Assembly: GCA_035480235.1 (NCBI GenBank)
Contig: DATIHX010000003.1
Coordinates: forward strand, 21,514-85,513
DNA from: Candidatus Saccharimonadales bacterium
Lineage (GTDB): Bacteria > Patescibacteriota > UBA1384 > 2-12-FULL-50-11
DNA: 64,000 nucleotides
Reading direction: 5' to 3'
This document shows positions 1 to 9,525 of this stretch, piece after piece. Each line of letters begins with the position of its first letter. Within the stretch, counting starts at the first letter, position 1. The notes under the pieces are model-generated. The model did no database searches. It saw only the letters and a list, made by a program, of their open reading frames with translations, and had not been told where the DNA came from. The position numbers and the translations under genes are program-made.

Positions 1-1215
1 CTCCTCAATCAGTTTTTCGCCTTTCCGAAGGCCCATTACCCGAACTTCTACATCTTGAGTCGGCAACAGGTTCTTGGAGCGAATTAGGCAGAGGGCGACT
101 TCGTAAATATTAATGAGCTCGCCCATATTCAGTACGTGAATCGAATCGGTTTCGCCAGTCGCGGTGCTCTCGATCACTAGTTGAGCTGCCTCGCGAATCG
201 ACATGAAGAAGCGCTCCATTTTTCGGTGGGTGATGGTGACGTAGCGGTGAAGAATAATCTGGCGCTCAAACAACGGCAAAACTGAGCCGTTAGAATTAAT
301 AACGTTACCGAAACGGACGACGTTAAATTTTACTTTGGCTTTATCGAGCGAGTTAATGTAATACTCGCAGAGCTTCTTGGTGGCGCCCATCACACTGGTC
401 GGATTAACTACTTTATCGGTGGAGATAAAGGTTTGGAGCAGGATATTGTTCTTAATGGCCGCGTCGATCGCCCGTTTGGTACCGATGACGTTGTTATGGA
501 CCGACTCGTCGATATTGTCCTGCATCAAATGAACGTGTTTATAGGCGGCGGCGTGAAATACAATGTCCGGTTTGATGGTTTTAAATAGGTGGTCAAGCTT
601 ATCGTCATTTAAAATACTGCCAATAATGAGGTCGCAACGATCACGCTGACCGCGCTCTTTGAGCTGCTGCTCCAGCATAAAAATCAGATACTCCGAGTTG
701 TCGTAAACAACGACTTTTTTCACCTCCAAATCGACCAGCTGCCGAACGATCTCCGAACCGATCGACCCGGCCCCACCCGTCACAAAAACCGTTTTGTCTC
801 GGTAATAGCGCTTCAGCCGATCAACGTTGTTCCGAACGAACGGTCGGCCTAAAAAATCTTCTGGTTGGATGTCTTTCACTTCTTCGTAGCGGACCAAGCT
901 TTTACTGATAACCCGCTGGCTCCGGGGAACAATCCGGATCGGCAGGCGGTTGGTGAGATTGGCCAAAAGAATCGTCCGAATTAGTTTGCCGTCGGCTGAC
1001 GGGACAGCGATAACGATTTCGTCAACAGCGTACTTGTTAACCACTTTTTGGCAATCGCTGATTTTCCCCAAAATTGGTAATTTCGCCTCTTTAATATTGT
1101 CGTCTAAAAAGCCGATCACCTGATACGACCGGTAATTCTTGGCGATATCTCGGCTTAATAGCTGGCCAGCGTCACCCGCCCCAATAATTAAAATGCTTTT
1201 TTCAATTCTCGCCAT
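1..1215 (-). CDS. Polysaccharide biosynthesis protein, CapD/PglF-like NDP-sugar 4,6-dehydratase (C-terminus cut by window edge)
   Basis: Own translation of the minus strand from ATG (1215..1213): MARIEKSILIIGAGDAGQ..., second Rossmann motif VFVTGGAGSIGSE, AAAYKHV motif. The frame stays open to position 1. ATGA overlap with the next gene. Confidence 0.75.
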   Translation of the reverse strand, partial: MARIEKSILIIGAGDAGQLLSRDIAKNYRSYQVIGFLDDNIKEAKLPILGKISDCQKVVNKYAVDEIVIAVPSADGKLIRTILLANLTNRLPIRIVPRSQRVISKSLVRYEEVKDIQPEDFLGRPFVRNNVDRLKRYYRDKTVFVTGGAGSIGSEIVRQLVDLEVKKVVVYDNSEYLIFMLEQQLKERGQRDRCDLIIGSILNDDKLDHLFKTIKPDIVFHAAAYKHVHLMQDNIDESVHNNVIGTKRAIDAAIKNNILLQTFISTDKVVNPTSVMGATKKLCEYYINSLDKAKVKFNVVRFGNVINSNGSVLPLFERQIILHRYVTITHRKMERFFMSIREAAQLVIESTATGETDSIHVLNMGELINIYEVALCLIRSKNLLPTQDVEVRVMGLRKGEKLIEE

Positions 1216-2084
1216 CAGCTGGCCTCTTTCTGGTATCTTTTGAGAGTTATTTTCAGGCCGTCCTCAAGGGTGGTGAAGTGGTGGTAATGATAAACCTTTT
1301 GAAGCTGGTGATTGGAAATAAACACCAGCTCTGGCTCACCCGGTTTGACGGTTGAGAGGACGTGGGGAATTAGTCGACCACTGACCTGCTCCAGGCGCTC
1401 GAGAACCTCGAGCAGCGAGTAGCTTTGGCCAGTGGCAACGTTAACGATGCCGCTCGATTTCTTATCGTTGGCCACTGTTAAGACCGCCCCAACAACGTCG
1501 TCAATTAGGATATAATCGCGTTTCGACCGGCCGTTACTATTCAAGGTAATTGGGGTCGAGTCCGCTTGAGCGAGCCGATTCATGAGCAGGCCGATAAAGC
1601 CTCTGTTCTTACTAGAGCCGTAAACATTGGTCAAACGGAAGATTACCAGGCGTTCGGCGGGAATGGCCTCACCAAGTAACGTTTCGGCGTCACGTTTAAA
1701 AGTTGAGTAAGTGCCGATCGGTCTGATGGCTGAAGTTTCAGTAGCCGGTTTCGATGACTCGCCGTAAACATGCACCGAGGAAAAATAAAAGACTTTTTGT
1801 TGGCCGGTTTGGAGAGTTTTAGTCAGGCGCTGGAGCGTCTTTTTCTCGGTCTCCGCGTCAAAATTTGGGCCAGTTTGGCCGATGAGAATGAAGACCTTCT
1901 CGGCTTGCTTCAGTAAGTCGTCAGGGCAATCGTCGGGGCCGAGGGTGGCCGTAACGTAGGTTACGCCCGATTCCTCACCACCTCGGTCGCTACTAATAAC
2001 CGTTACTGTTTCACCGCGCCGAACCAACTCTTTGGCTAGCGCCGTGCCAATAAAACCAGTGCCGCCAATCAATAAGTTTTTCAT
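1215..2084 (-). CDS. NAD-dependent sugar epimerase/dehydratase (SDR family)
   Basis: N-terminal Rossmann motif MKNLLIGGTGFIGTALA. 289 aa. Sits in the glycan cluster. Confidence 0.8.
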   Translation of the reverse strand: MKNLLIGGTGFIGTALAKELVRRGETVTVISSDRGGEESGVTYVTATLGPDDCPDDLLKQAEKVFILIGQTGPNFDAETEKKTLQRLTKTLQTGQQKVFYFSSVHVYGESSKPATETSAIRPIGTYSTFKRDAETLLGEAIPAERLVIFRLTNVYGSSKNRGFIGLLMNRLAQADSTPITLNSNGRSKRDYILIDDVVGAVLTVANDKKSSGIVNVATGQSYSLLEVLERLEQVSGRLIPHVLSTVKPGEPELVFISNHQLQKVYHYHHFTTLEDGLKITLKRYQKEAS

Positions 2085-2087
2085 TTC

Positions 2088-2471
2088 TTACTTAACCTTT
2101 TTTGTTCGGCGGCGTAATTGACTCTTGACGCGTCCTTGCTTACTGAGCGCCGGATCTTTAAGAGCAAACTGGCGGACAATTTCGTGCATCCGCTTTTCAA
2201 TTCGATCGGCTTTGACGTAAACCCGGTAGAGGACAAAATAAACAAAAACCAACGCGATCCCCAGAAAACTACCGACCCCGAGTCGCCGTTGCCCCAAGAC
2301 TGCCGTAATTACTTCTGGGTAAAAAGCGATAATAATAACCGCCAGCCAGGTGACGCTCCAAAAAAGAAACATCACGAACGTCTCCTGCCGCTGCCGATAA
2401 GCCAAGTAACTTTTAATAATCACCAGTAACGTCAGAGCCAACGCTAGAAATTTAATAATCGTCAATAACAT
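2088..2471 (-). CDS. Small 3-4 TM membrane protein, DUF2304-like, partner of the adjacent GT2
   Basis: 127 aa, hydrophobic N-terminal two thirds and a basic tail. Start/stop abuts the GT2 gene at 2471. This arrangement is typical for DUF2304. Confidence 0.6.
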   Translation of the reverse strand: MLLTIIKFLALALTLLVIIKSYLAYRQRQETFVMFLFWSVTWLAVIIIAFYPEVITAVLGQRRLGVGSFLGIALVFVYFVLYRVYVKADRIEKRMHEIVRQFALKDPALSKQGRVKSQLRRRTKKVK

Positions 2472-3157
2472 CAGCCGGTTACCGCCCGATAAAATAATCG
2501 CAAGAAAATGTTGAGACCGTTCAGCGGGTTTTGACCTTGGCGACCGTCAAAATAAATCGTTTTAATTGGTACTTCACTGATCAGCAAACCATGGCGTTTA
2601 GCACCAATAATCATCTCCGAACAAAATTCGTAACCGGTCATGTTAAACTCATCAATAACTGAGAGCATCCGTTCGCCGATCAGCCGAAAGCCTGATTGGG
2701 AGTCGGAAACCTGTTTACCGCTGAAGGTAAACGTGATGCCGTTCATAATTTTGTTGCCGTACCACTTCAGAGCTGGCATCGTTTCGATGGTTTGCGAGAG
2801 AAAGCGGCTGCCTATAATTAAATCGGCCTTGTCTCGAAAATGGGCGTCAACAAGGGCGTGGATATCGTCGGGATCGTGTTGGCCGTCACCGTCCAGCGTC
2901 ACCACCAAGGCATTACCTAGTTGTCGAGCCGCCTTGATGCCAGTTAAAACGGCCCCGCCTTGGCCAATATTAATTCGGTGGCTCAAGACCAGCGCGCCCG
3001 CTTTTTTCGCTCGAGCGGCAGTTCGGTCGATTGAAGCGTCGTTGATCACTATTCGATTGATCGTACTAATCCCGTCAATCCGCCGAGGGATGCCATCAAT
3101 AACATCGCCGATAGTTTTTTCTTCATTGTGAGCTGGGACGACAACAGCCAAACGCAT
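2471..3157 (-). CDS. Glycosyltransferase family 2 (polyprenyl-phosphate sugar synthase-like)
   Basis: VVVPAHNEE...INDASIDRT...TLDGDGQHDP (DXD-type motif). 228 aa. Confidence 0.85.
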   Translation of the reverse strand: MRLAVVVPAHNEEKTIGDVIDGIPRRIDGISTINRIVINDASIDRTAARAKKAGALVLSHRINIGQGGAVLTGIKAARQLGNALVVTLDGDGQHDPDDIHALVDAHFRDKADLIIGSRFLSQTIETMPALKWYGNKIMNGITFTFSGKQVSDSQSGFRLIGERMLSVIDEFNMTGYEFCSEMIIGAKRHGLLISEVPIKTIYFDGRQGQNPLNGLNIFLRLFYRAVTG

Positions 3158-3225
3158 GAGTGAAAAGTACCATAAACCGAACCAAGAAGAAAGGCCGGAC
3201 CGGTCAGCTCGATTCGGCTTGATGC

Positions 3226-4362
3226 TTAGGTGCTCTTGGGCAGGGGCTGAAAGGCTGATAACGCCACAATCAAAAAGAAAATAATCGACAGGTCGTTTTT
3301 CCAGTAGGGGGTGTCGACGAGGCCGTGGACGATGATGACAACCAGCGCCCCGACGAGCGCCGGCTGGCGGGTTTTAATTTGCTCGTAGAAGAGCGCGCCG
3401 ATTAGCCAAATCAGGCCAACAAAACCAAGTAAGCCACTAGAAAGCCAAGTCGCCAGGTAAAAATTATGCGGCTCGGGGACGCTCCACTCGATTGGATTGG
3501 CGAAAGCCAAGCCGATCCGGGCACCGTAGTAACTTTGGAAAACGCCGGGGCCGATGCCGGTCAGGATGTGGTCGTGAACGGCCGTCCGGGCGATAGTCCA
3601 AATTTGCGCCCGGCCGCCGAGGCGAACCCCAAAAAGCTGGCTGGCCCAATTGGTCAGAATTGGGGTGAGGCTAACTAAGCTAAAAACGCCGAGGGCCCCG
3701 GCCAGGCTACCTGTTAGTATTTTCTCCTGGCGGGTCGTCTGCAGTCGCCCTACAAACCAGTAAACCGCCAGACCGATCGCCAAGGCGCTCAGGCCGCCGA
3801 ACGATTTCGTTAAACCAATCGCCACCACAATCACTAACAGACCGAGCCGTTCAAACCAGCTTCGGCGACCAGGCAGAACCAAAAAGAAGACCGGCACCAG
3901 CCACATCGCCGCCGCGTTGGGTGAGTTGAAAAAGCTGCTTAAGCGAGTCAGGTGCCAGAATTCCTGGCCGATCCCGACTAATGCGACCACGACTGCCGTC
4001 ACGAGCAAGCTTTTTTCAAGAATTGGCCGAGCTTTAGAGGACTTAGCCACTAATTGAATCGTTAGAAACCCAAACAAGGCCGGGAAAAATACCCAGCTTT
4101 TGAGGCCGCCGAAAGCCACCGAACCAGCGCTGACGGTGGAGATGAGCGCGCCGAGCACAAAAACCAATACTGGTAAAAGCACCGTCAGTTTCGGCCAAGA
4201 CACCTGGAGTTGGCCTCGAATTACTAGCGTTAGCCAACATAGCGCCCCAGCGATAATAAAGAGCTCCGGCAAATAAAACGGAACGCCCATCAGCGTCAGC
4301 CGGGTCATGTACAGCGGGGTGCTGGCAAGCGCCCCGGCCAGAAAAATTGTGACTAGTTCCAT
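3226..4362 (-). CDS. O-antigen ligase/polymerase-like polytopic membrane protein
   Basis: 378 aa and about 10 TM segments. Wzy_C-like loop after LTKSFGGLSALAIG. Confidence 0.55.
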   Translation of the reverse strand: MELVTIFLAGALASTPLYMTRLTLMGVPFYLPELFIIAGALCWLTLVIRGQLQVSWPKLTVLLPVLVFVLGALISTVSAGSVAFGGLKSWVFFPALFGFLTIQLVAKSSKARPILEKSLLVTAVVVALVGIGQEFWHLTRLSSFFNSPNAAAMWLVPVFFLVLPGRRSWFERLGLLVIVVAIGLTKSFGGLSALAIGLAVYWFVGRLQTTRQEKILTGSLAGALGVFSLVSLTPILTNWASQLFGVRLGGRAQIWTIARTAVHDHILTGIGPGVFQSYYGARIGLAFANPIEWSVPEPHNFYLATWLSSGLLGFVGLIWLIGALFYEQIKTRQPALVGALVVIIVHGLVDTPYWKNDLSIIFFLIVALSAFQPLPKST

Positions 4363-5666
4363 CAGTTCACCTCGGTGGGAGCAGTGAAACTAACTAAAAT
4401 TCCCGCAAAAAGCAGCCAGTAAATCAGTAGCTGGGGGTAGAGCAGCGAGTTCACAAAGGTGGCGTCGATCCCCAGCGCCAACAGCCCGAAGCCAAAACCG
4501 GCTCGCCAGGCCAAATTCGGGTCGGCGAGAGCTTTTCTGCTAACGAGCAAGCTGCGCCGCAACAATTGCCAGGCAAAAACAAGGAAAACCCCCAGACCGA
4601 TAAGGCCCGTTGTCGCCCAAATATCGAGCAAGCTGCTATCCGAGGCCTGAGCGGCGCCGCTGGCGGCGTCGCCCGCTTTCCGGCCACCGGTTTGGACACT
4701 GGCTGGTCCGAAATTGTTATAGCCAACTCCGTAAAACGGCGAACTTTTAATCACCGCGATAGCCCGTTTCCAGGATAGAATTCGTTGAGCGCCGGTATCT
4801 TGGTCGCCCGAAACTAAGCTAACAATTTTCTTCCCATTTTTATCGGTGATTGTTTCCACTTTGGTGGAAGTAAAGATGCTAATAAACCGGCTACCGGCTC
4901 GGCCCGGCAAAAACATTACCACCGCGAAGATGGCGGCAATGAGGAGCCCGATTTTCCAGTTTTTCCGTAGCCCTAATAAAACCATAGCGATGCCAACGCT
5001 AATGACGCCGCTCCGGGAGAAAGTTAGATAGAGAGCTACCAGTAGAATGAGCCCGAGAGGGTAGTACCACTTCCGCTGATTTTGGCCGCCAAAAAGGATT
5101 TCGGCCGTGGCGCCGATCAACCCTAACCCAAGGTAGATTGCTACAAAGTTCGGATCGTAAAAAGTGGAAAGCAGCCGACCGACGTGGGGATCCCAGCCGA
5201 AAGTAGTCATAAACCGAAAATCGCCAAAAAGCCCGAGCTGAACAAAGCCCAGTACAGCCACGATGACCGCCGACCAGACAAAATACCGCTTCCAAGTGGT
5301 TGGGTCGAGCCGCCGGCCCCAACTCCGGGCCACCCAATAGAGCATTAAGTAGCCTTCGAGGCGCAGTAGATAACCGAAGCCCGTCAGCAGATCGTGGTGG
5401 GTAAACCGGCCGAAATTCAGCAAAAAAGTGATCGGCAGAATAATTTGGAAGGCTAAAAAGAGTTTATCAGCCAGCTGAAGCTGAGCGGTTGGTAGTTTTC
5501 GGGTAATCAGCCAGCGGTAAGCGCTCATTACTAGCCAGCCGATAGTAACGCCTGCCATGACGATATCGGCGGCCCGAAGAGCCAGGTCACTGCCCGGCCG
5601 GATCGGTAGCCGGAAAATTTGGCCGATAACAATCGCCAAGAGCAACCCAATATACGTCAACGTCAT
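4362..5666 (-). CDS. O-antigen ligase/polymerase family membrane protein
   Basis: 434 aa, polytopic. LTFSRSGVISVGIAMVLL motif followed by an extracytoplasmic loop. Shares its boundary nucleotide (4362) with the downstream paralog. Confidence 0.6.
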   Translation of the reverse strand: MTLTYIGLLLAIVIGQIFRLPIRPGSDLALRAADIVMAGVTIGWLVMSAYRWLITRKLPTAQLQLADKLFLAFQIILPITFLLNFGRFTHHDLLTGFGYLLRLEGYLMLYWVARSWGRRLDPTTWKRYFVWSAVIVAVLGFVQLGLFGDFRFMTTFGWDPHVGRLLSTFYDPNFVAIYLGLGLIGATAEILFGGQNQRKWYYPLGLILLVALYLTFSRSGVISVGIAMVLLGLRKNWKIGLLIAAIFAVVMFLPGRAGSRFISIFTSTKVETITDKNGKKIVSLVSGDQDTGAQRILSWKRAIAVIKSSPFYGVGYNNFGPASVQTGGRKAGDAASGAAQASDSSLLDIWATTGLIGLGVFLVFAWQLLRRSLLVSRKALADPNLAWRAGFGFGLLALGIDATFVNSLLYPQLLIYWLLFAGILVSFTAPTEVN

Positions 5667-5676
5667 CTGGTTTAGT

Positions 5677-6765
5677 TTAGGCGATTTCCGCTAAGAGCGC
5701 TAGATAAGCTCGGGCGGCTTTGTCCCAAGAAAAGGCCGGCAATTTGGCCTGACCGGCGGCGGAGAGAGCCTGGCGTTGAGCGCCGTTGGTTAGTAAAACT
5801 TCTAGTCCTCTTCTGAGAGCGCTGACCGAGTAGGGATCGGCCAGCCAAGTTGCCCCCGCCCCGATCTCGGCGGTCGCTGCCACATTGGCCGTTAAAACCG
5901 GTTTATGCCAGTAAAAACCCTCTAAAACCGGGTAGCCGACGCCTTCGTAGAGCGACGGGTAGGCGATGAAGAGAGCTTGGCGGTACAAGGTGGCGAGCGT
6001 GGCGTCGTCCACCCGTCCGACGAACCGAACGCCGGCCGGCGGTTTGGCCAGCCAACGAGCCAGCTCAGCGTCCGGCCAGCCAACCTTGCCGGCGATCACT
6101 AGTTGGTGGCCTTTTTGTAACTCCGGCGGAAGTTGCTGGTAAGCGGTAATTAGCCGGCTGATATTTTTCCGGGGCTCAATCGTGCCGACAAACAAAATGA
6201 AATCCGACCGCAAGCCAAGAGTATTAAGTAGCTGCTTTTGGCGATCAGGGCCGGGCAACTGTTCGCGACTAACAAGGCTGGCGATACCCGGCGAGATGAC
6301 CCGAACCTTACCACCAACAGCGGGCAAAAGCTCGAGCAAATCTTTCTTGATGCTCTCGGTCTGAACGGTAATCGCTGCCGAGCGCTTCATCGCCCTTTTC
6401 AACAACAGCCGCTCGCTGACAACGGTTTTCCAAGGCAGCTTAACCGGCACTTTGTAGATTACTAAATCGTGTAACGTCGTTAACGTCGGGCGATTACTCA
6501 GCAGGGTGGTCAGGTAGCTGCTGGGAGAAAATAAAACGTCTTCTGGCAAGTGGCGAAAAACCCTCACCCGATCAAACCGCGACCGAAACGGTTGAAAACG
6601 CCAATTGTCCGGCCAACTCTCCCCAGCCAGCGGCTGGTAGCCGTAGACCACAAACTGCTGATCCTTGAAGGAACGCCAGGCCGCTAGCACGCTCCGTAGA
6701 TAAACAGCTTTACCGGCCGCGTCGTTTAAAACCGCGCCGTCAACGGCGATCTTTAGACTTCTCAC
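5677..6765 (-). CDS. Glycosyltransferase family 1 (GT4-type, GT-B fold)
   Basis: C-terminal EGVGYPVLEGF motif (the E-x7-E region of GT4 enzymes). 362 aa. Confidence 0.85.
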   Translation of the reverse strand: MRSLKIAVDGAVLNDAAGKAVYLRSVLAAWRSFKDQQFVVYGYQPLAGESWPDNWRFQPFRSRFDRVRVFRHLPEDVLFSPSSYLTTLLSNRPTLTTLHDLVIYKVPVKLPWKTVVSERLLLKRAMKRSAAITVQTESIKKDLLELLPAVGGKVRVISPGIASLVSREQLPGPDRQKQLLNTLGLRSDFILFVGTIEPRKNISRLITAYQQLPPELQKGHQLVIAGKVGWPDAELARWLAKPPAGVRFVGRVDDATLATLYRQALFIAYPSLYEGVGYPVLEGFYWHKPVLTANVAATAEIGAGATWLADPYSVSALRRGLEVLLTNGAQRQALSAAGQAKLPAFSWDKAARAYLALLAEIA

Positions 6766-8378
6766 GGCATCAGTCCTTTTGACCGGCCAACTACCCGAAA
6801 GATATAAACCTCTTCTTGCGGGCTAATATCATCGGTTAATAATTCCAGCGTCTCCGAGCCTTTATAGGTTTCGAGGTTGCTCAAGTTGTTGACGTCGCTG
6901 GTTGGCTGATCAAGCCGGTACTGAAAGTAAACGTACTGCGCCCGGGGAAAAATCCGGGGGATTTCAGTCGGATCGGTAATTTTCAGTTCGTCTTCGGCTG
7001 GGTAGCCAACTAATACCTTCTGATTGTTGAGAAATAACGGCAAATAAATGTCGCCGGGGAAGCTCAGGATGGTTGAGCCAGCCGGTAGGTTAGCGTTCAT
7101 CCAATTAACCACTGCCCGGTCGCCGGCCAGATGATAGACCAGCGGGTTCGGCCGAACCGCTTCGCCGACCCGGGCAAAGAGCGTTAACCAACCGGTCGCA
7201 AAACTCAGAACGATAATCGTGGCGAGTAAAAATCGCGGCAATCGGCGGCTTTGGCAGAAATCAGTGACTGCCTGGATGAAAACCCCGGCGAGTAACGTCA
7301 GCGGGATCGCCAAATCACGCATTAGCCGTGACGGAAAACCCAGATGAGGGTTCCGGGAACCGAGCGCCAAAACCGTCAGCCAAACTAACAGCAGGAGGCT
7401 GACGCGGCCGCGCGGCGAATCGCTTTTTTGCAAGAAATAACCGATCGCCACCGCCAGCCCGCCCAGCCCTAAGTAAACCAAGGACTCACCGAGGGCGTTC
7501 GGGTAGGCGGTAATGTCGAATATTTGATTGGGATCGGCAACTTGGCCGATCAGATGAATAAACGGCCAGCGCCAGTTAATAGCCATAAACATCCGGGCTA
7601 AACTGGCCGCCGAAGTCTCGGTATGGTTAAGGAATAGGCCGCCAATAATCACTGCCGCCGCGTAGGCGCCCAGGCCAATTAATACCAGCTGCCACCAGCG
7701 CCAACCGCGCCGATGTAAAGTAAGTACAAGCTGAATGATTAAGTAAATCGCTAAGAGCGCCACGGCAAAAAGAAACGTTAAATGATGGCTGTAGAGTAAA
7801 ACCAACAAGCTGATCAGCAGCAGGCCGACCGCCCAGCCCTTTCGGCTCGAACCAGAAACGTTTTCTACCGCCATGAGGACTAGCGGCAAAACGGTCGCGC
7901 CGGCCAACACATCCGGGAAGCCGCCGTCGTACAACGTTTGCAGTGGCTGACGAGAAAAAAAGCTAAATAGTATCAGGGCGGTAATCCCGGCCGCCCAACC
8001 GAAGTATTTTTTATTGAAATAATAAAGCGTGACGCCGCCGCTCACTAACAGTAGTGGTCCCAGCCAAGCCATCACCGTGATGCTGCGAGCGTGGGTAATC
8101 AGGGCCAAGCCAGCAATCATCAAATGCCAGACGATATGATAGGTGAACGCTGAACGCCAGTGGCCGGCCAAGATTGAGGTGACGATAATATTATGGTTAA
8201 TCCCGTCGCCGCCGGGAGGGACTTGGTAGCGGTAGATGAGTTGGTTAGCGTAGCTAAAAAGTACCAAGAGACCGAACAGGCTATAGGTAATAATCTTCCT
8301 AATTTTAGCCGGCTTACCGGCTTCGAGGGCGGGAGCGGGCGGGTAAGCAGCGATCGGCAGCGGTGAGGGGAGTTCCAT
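6762..8378 (-). CDS. Large polytopic membrane protein with a C-terminal soluble domain (possible GT-C-type glycosyltransferase)
   Basis: 538 aa, at least 10 hydrophobic segments followed by a roughly 130-aa hydrophilic tail. 4-nt overlap with the GT1 gene. No motif I can name confidently. Confidence 0.45.
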   Translation of the reverse strand: MELPSPLPIAAYPPAPALEAGKPAKIRKIITYSLFGLLVLFSYANQLIYRYQVPPGGDGINHNIIVTSILAGHWRSAFTYHIVWHLMIAGLALITHARSITVMAWLGPLLLVSGGVTLYYFNKKYFGWAAGITALILFSFFSRQPLQTLYDGGFPDVLAGATVLPLVLMAVENVSGSSRKGWAVGLLLISLLVLLYSHHLTFLFAVALLAIYLIIQLVLTLHRRGWRWWQLVLIGLGAYAAAVIIGGLFLNHTETSAASLARMFMAINWRWPFIHLIGQVADPNQIFDITAYPNALGESLVYLGLGGLAVAIGYFLQKSDSPRGRVSLLLLVWLTVLALGSRNPHLGFPSRLMRDLAIPLTLLAGVFIQAVTDFCQSRRLPRFLLATIIVLSFATGWLTLFARVGEAVRPNPLVYHLAGDRAVVNWMNANLPAGSTILSFPGDIYLPLFLNNQKVLVGYPAEDELKITDPTEIPRIFPRAQYVYFQYRLDQPTSDVNNLSNLETYKGSETLELLTDDISPQEEVYIFRVVGRSKGLMP

Positions 8379-8431
8379 GTCTCTCTAGTTTACCGAGGTG
8401 TTCGCGGCCCGTAAACTCGGCGATCGGTCGC

Positions 8432-9439
8432 TTAAGCTAGCTTGGCGCTCCAGCGGCGTTTCTGGGTGATAAGCGAGCGGGCGACAAAGGGCAGCAGCAG
8501 CGTCAGCCAATAGAAAAGCCGAGTCGTTCGGTCGGCCCGACCGCTCCGGATCATAGCTCGATAGATCATTTTCGCTTCGGAGTATCGCCCAACCGAGACG
8601 AAGTAATTGGCGAGACGTTTCCGAAATAAAGTGCGTTCAGTCGCAAAAGCCTCTTTTTCCTCGGCCGTCAGATTCGGCGAAGTGGCGTAGCGCTCAAACA
8701 CGATCTCGGTGTCGCGGCTCGCCCCGACAATCCCGTCTGGACGGTTGGAGATGCTGCTCGGCAGCAGCCGATGATAAACGGTCGGCGTCGACTCGGCCAA
8801 AATATTGTAACGGCCGCTGGCGATCACCCGCAGCGTCAATTCTTTATCGTCGGCGGCGACCAAGCTTTCGTCGATTGGGCCAAACGTGTCGATGACCGCC
8901 CGACGCACGAGCATACACGACGAAGTTAAGAAAAGTGTCCCGGCTAGAGCCAGCTGCCGGAGTTCGGCTTGACCATATTGACTGGCGATCGGCCGATAGG
9001 TTTCGGTTTCATTCGACTGACCAGTTCGGACAACGTAGCCGTTCGAGCCAACCAATCCGATTTTTGGATCGGAGTTAATTAGCTGGACGAGGCGCTCGAG
9101 GTGATCCGGCGTCCACCAGTCGTCGTGATCCATAAAGGCGATCAGCTCGCCGCGACTCCGTTTGATGCCAACGTTCTTACCGACCGATGGTTTGCCGGCG
9201 GCTTTCTCTGGCCGAAAGTAGTCGATCTTGGCCGGGTGACGCTCGGCGAAGTCTTGCGCAATCATTGCACTACCATCGGTGGAGTGGTCGTCGATAATAT
9301 ACAATCGCCAATCGGTGAACGTTTGAGCCAGAATCGAGTTAACCGTTTCCTTGATATACGGCGCGGCGTTGTAGAGCGGAATGATGACGGAGACGGTTTC
9401 GGAGACGGCCATTGGTATAGAGTAGCAGCCCCGAGCCAA
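8432..9439 (-). CDS. Glycosyltransferase family 2
   Basis: VSVIIPLYNAAPYI...IIDDHSTDGS...AFMDHDDWW. An alternative ATG at 9412 is equally possible. Confidence 0.85.
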   Translation of the reverse strand: MARGCYSIPMAVSETVSVIIPLYNAAPYIKETVNSILAQTFTDWRLYIIDDHSTDGSAMIAQDFAERHPAKIDYFRPEKAAGKPSVGKNVGIKRSRGELIAFMDHDDWWTPDHLERLVQLINSDPKIGLVGSNGYVVRTGQSNETETYRPIASQYGQAELRQLALAGTLFLTSSCMLVRRAVIDTFGPIDESLVAADDKELTLRVIASGRYNILAESTPTVYHRLLPSSISNRPDGIVGASRDTEIVFERYATSPNLTAEEKEAFATERTLFRKRLANYFVSVGRYSEAKMIYRAMIRSGRADRTTRLFYWLTLLLPFVARSLITQKRRWSAKLA

Positions 9440-9525
9440 CGCTGAAACTTCTACTGGTTCAATTTATCCAGTAAACTAGCCTTAGATGTATTATTTATTT
9501 ACATTCACTTACTACGTTTCGTGAA

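Noticed and set aside
2640-3131. 163-aa ORF on the + strand, and many similar long antisense ORFs. Examples: 13524..14045, 54405..54935, 32505..32927, 36394..36741, 9101..9445 and 57086..57514.
   Set aside because: Each lies entirely antisense to a gene with clear family motifs. Their translations are low-complexity and Arg/Gly/Pro/Ala-rich, as expected from the reverse frame of GC-biased coding sequence. None has an SD or promoter.
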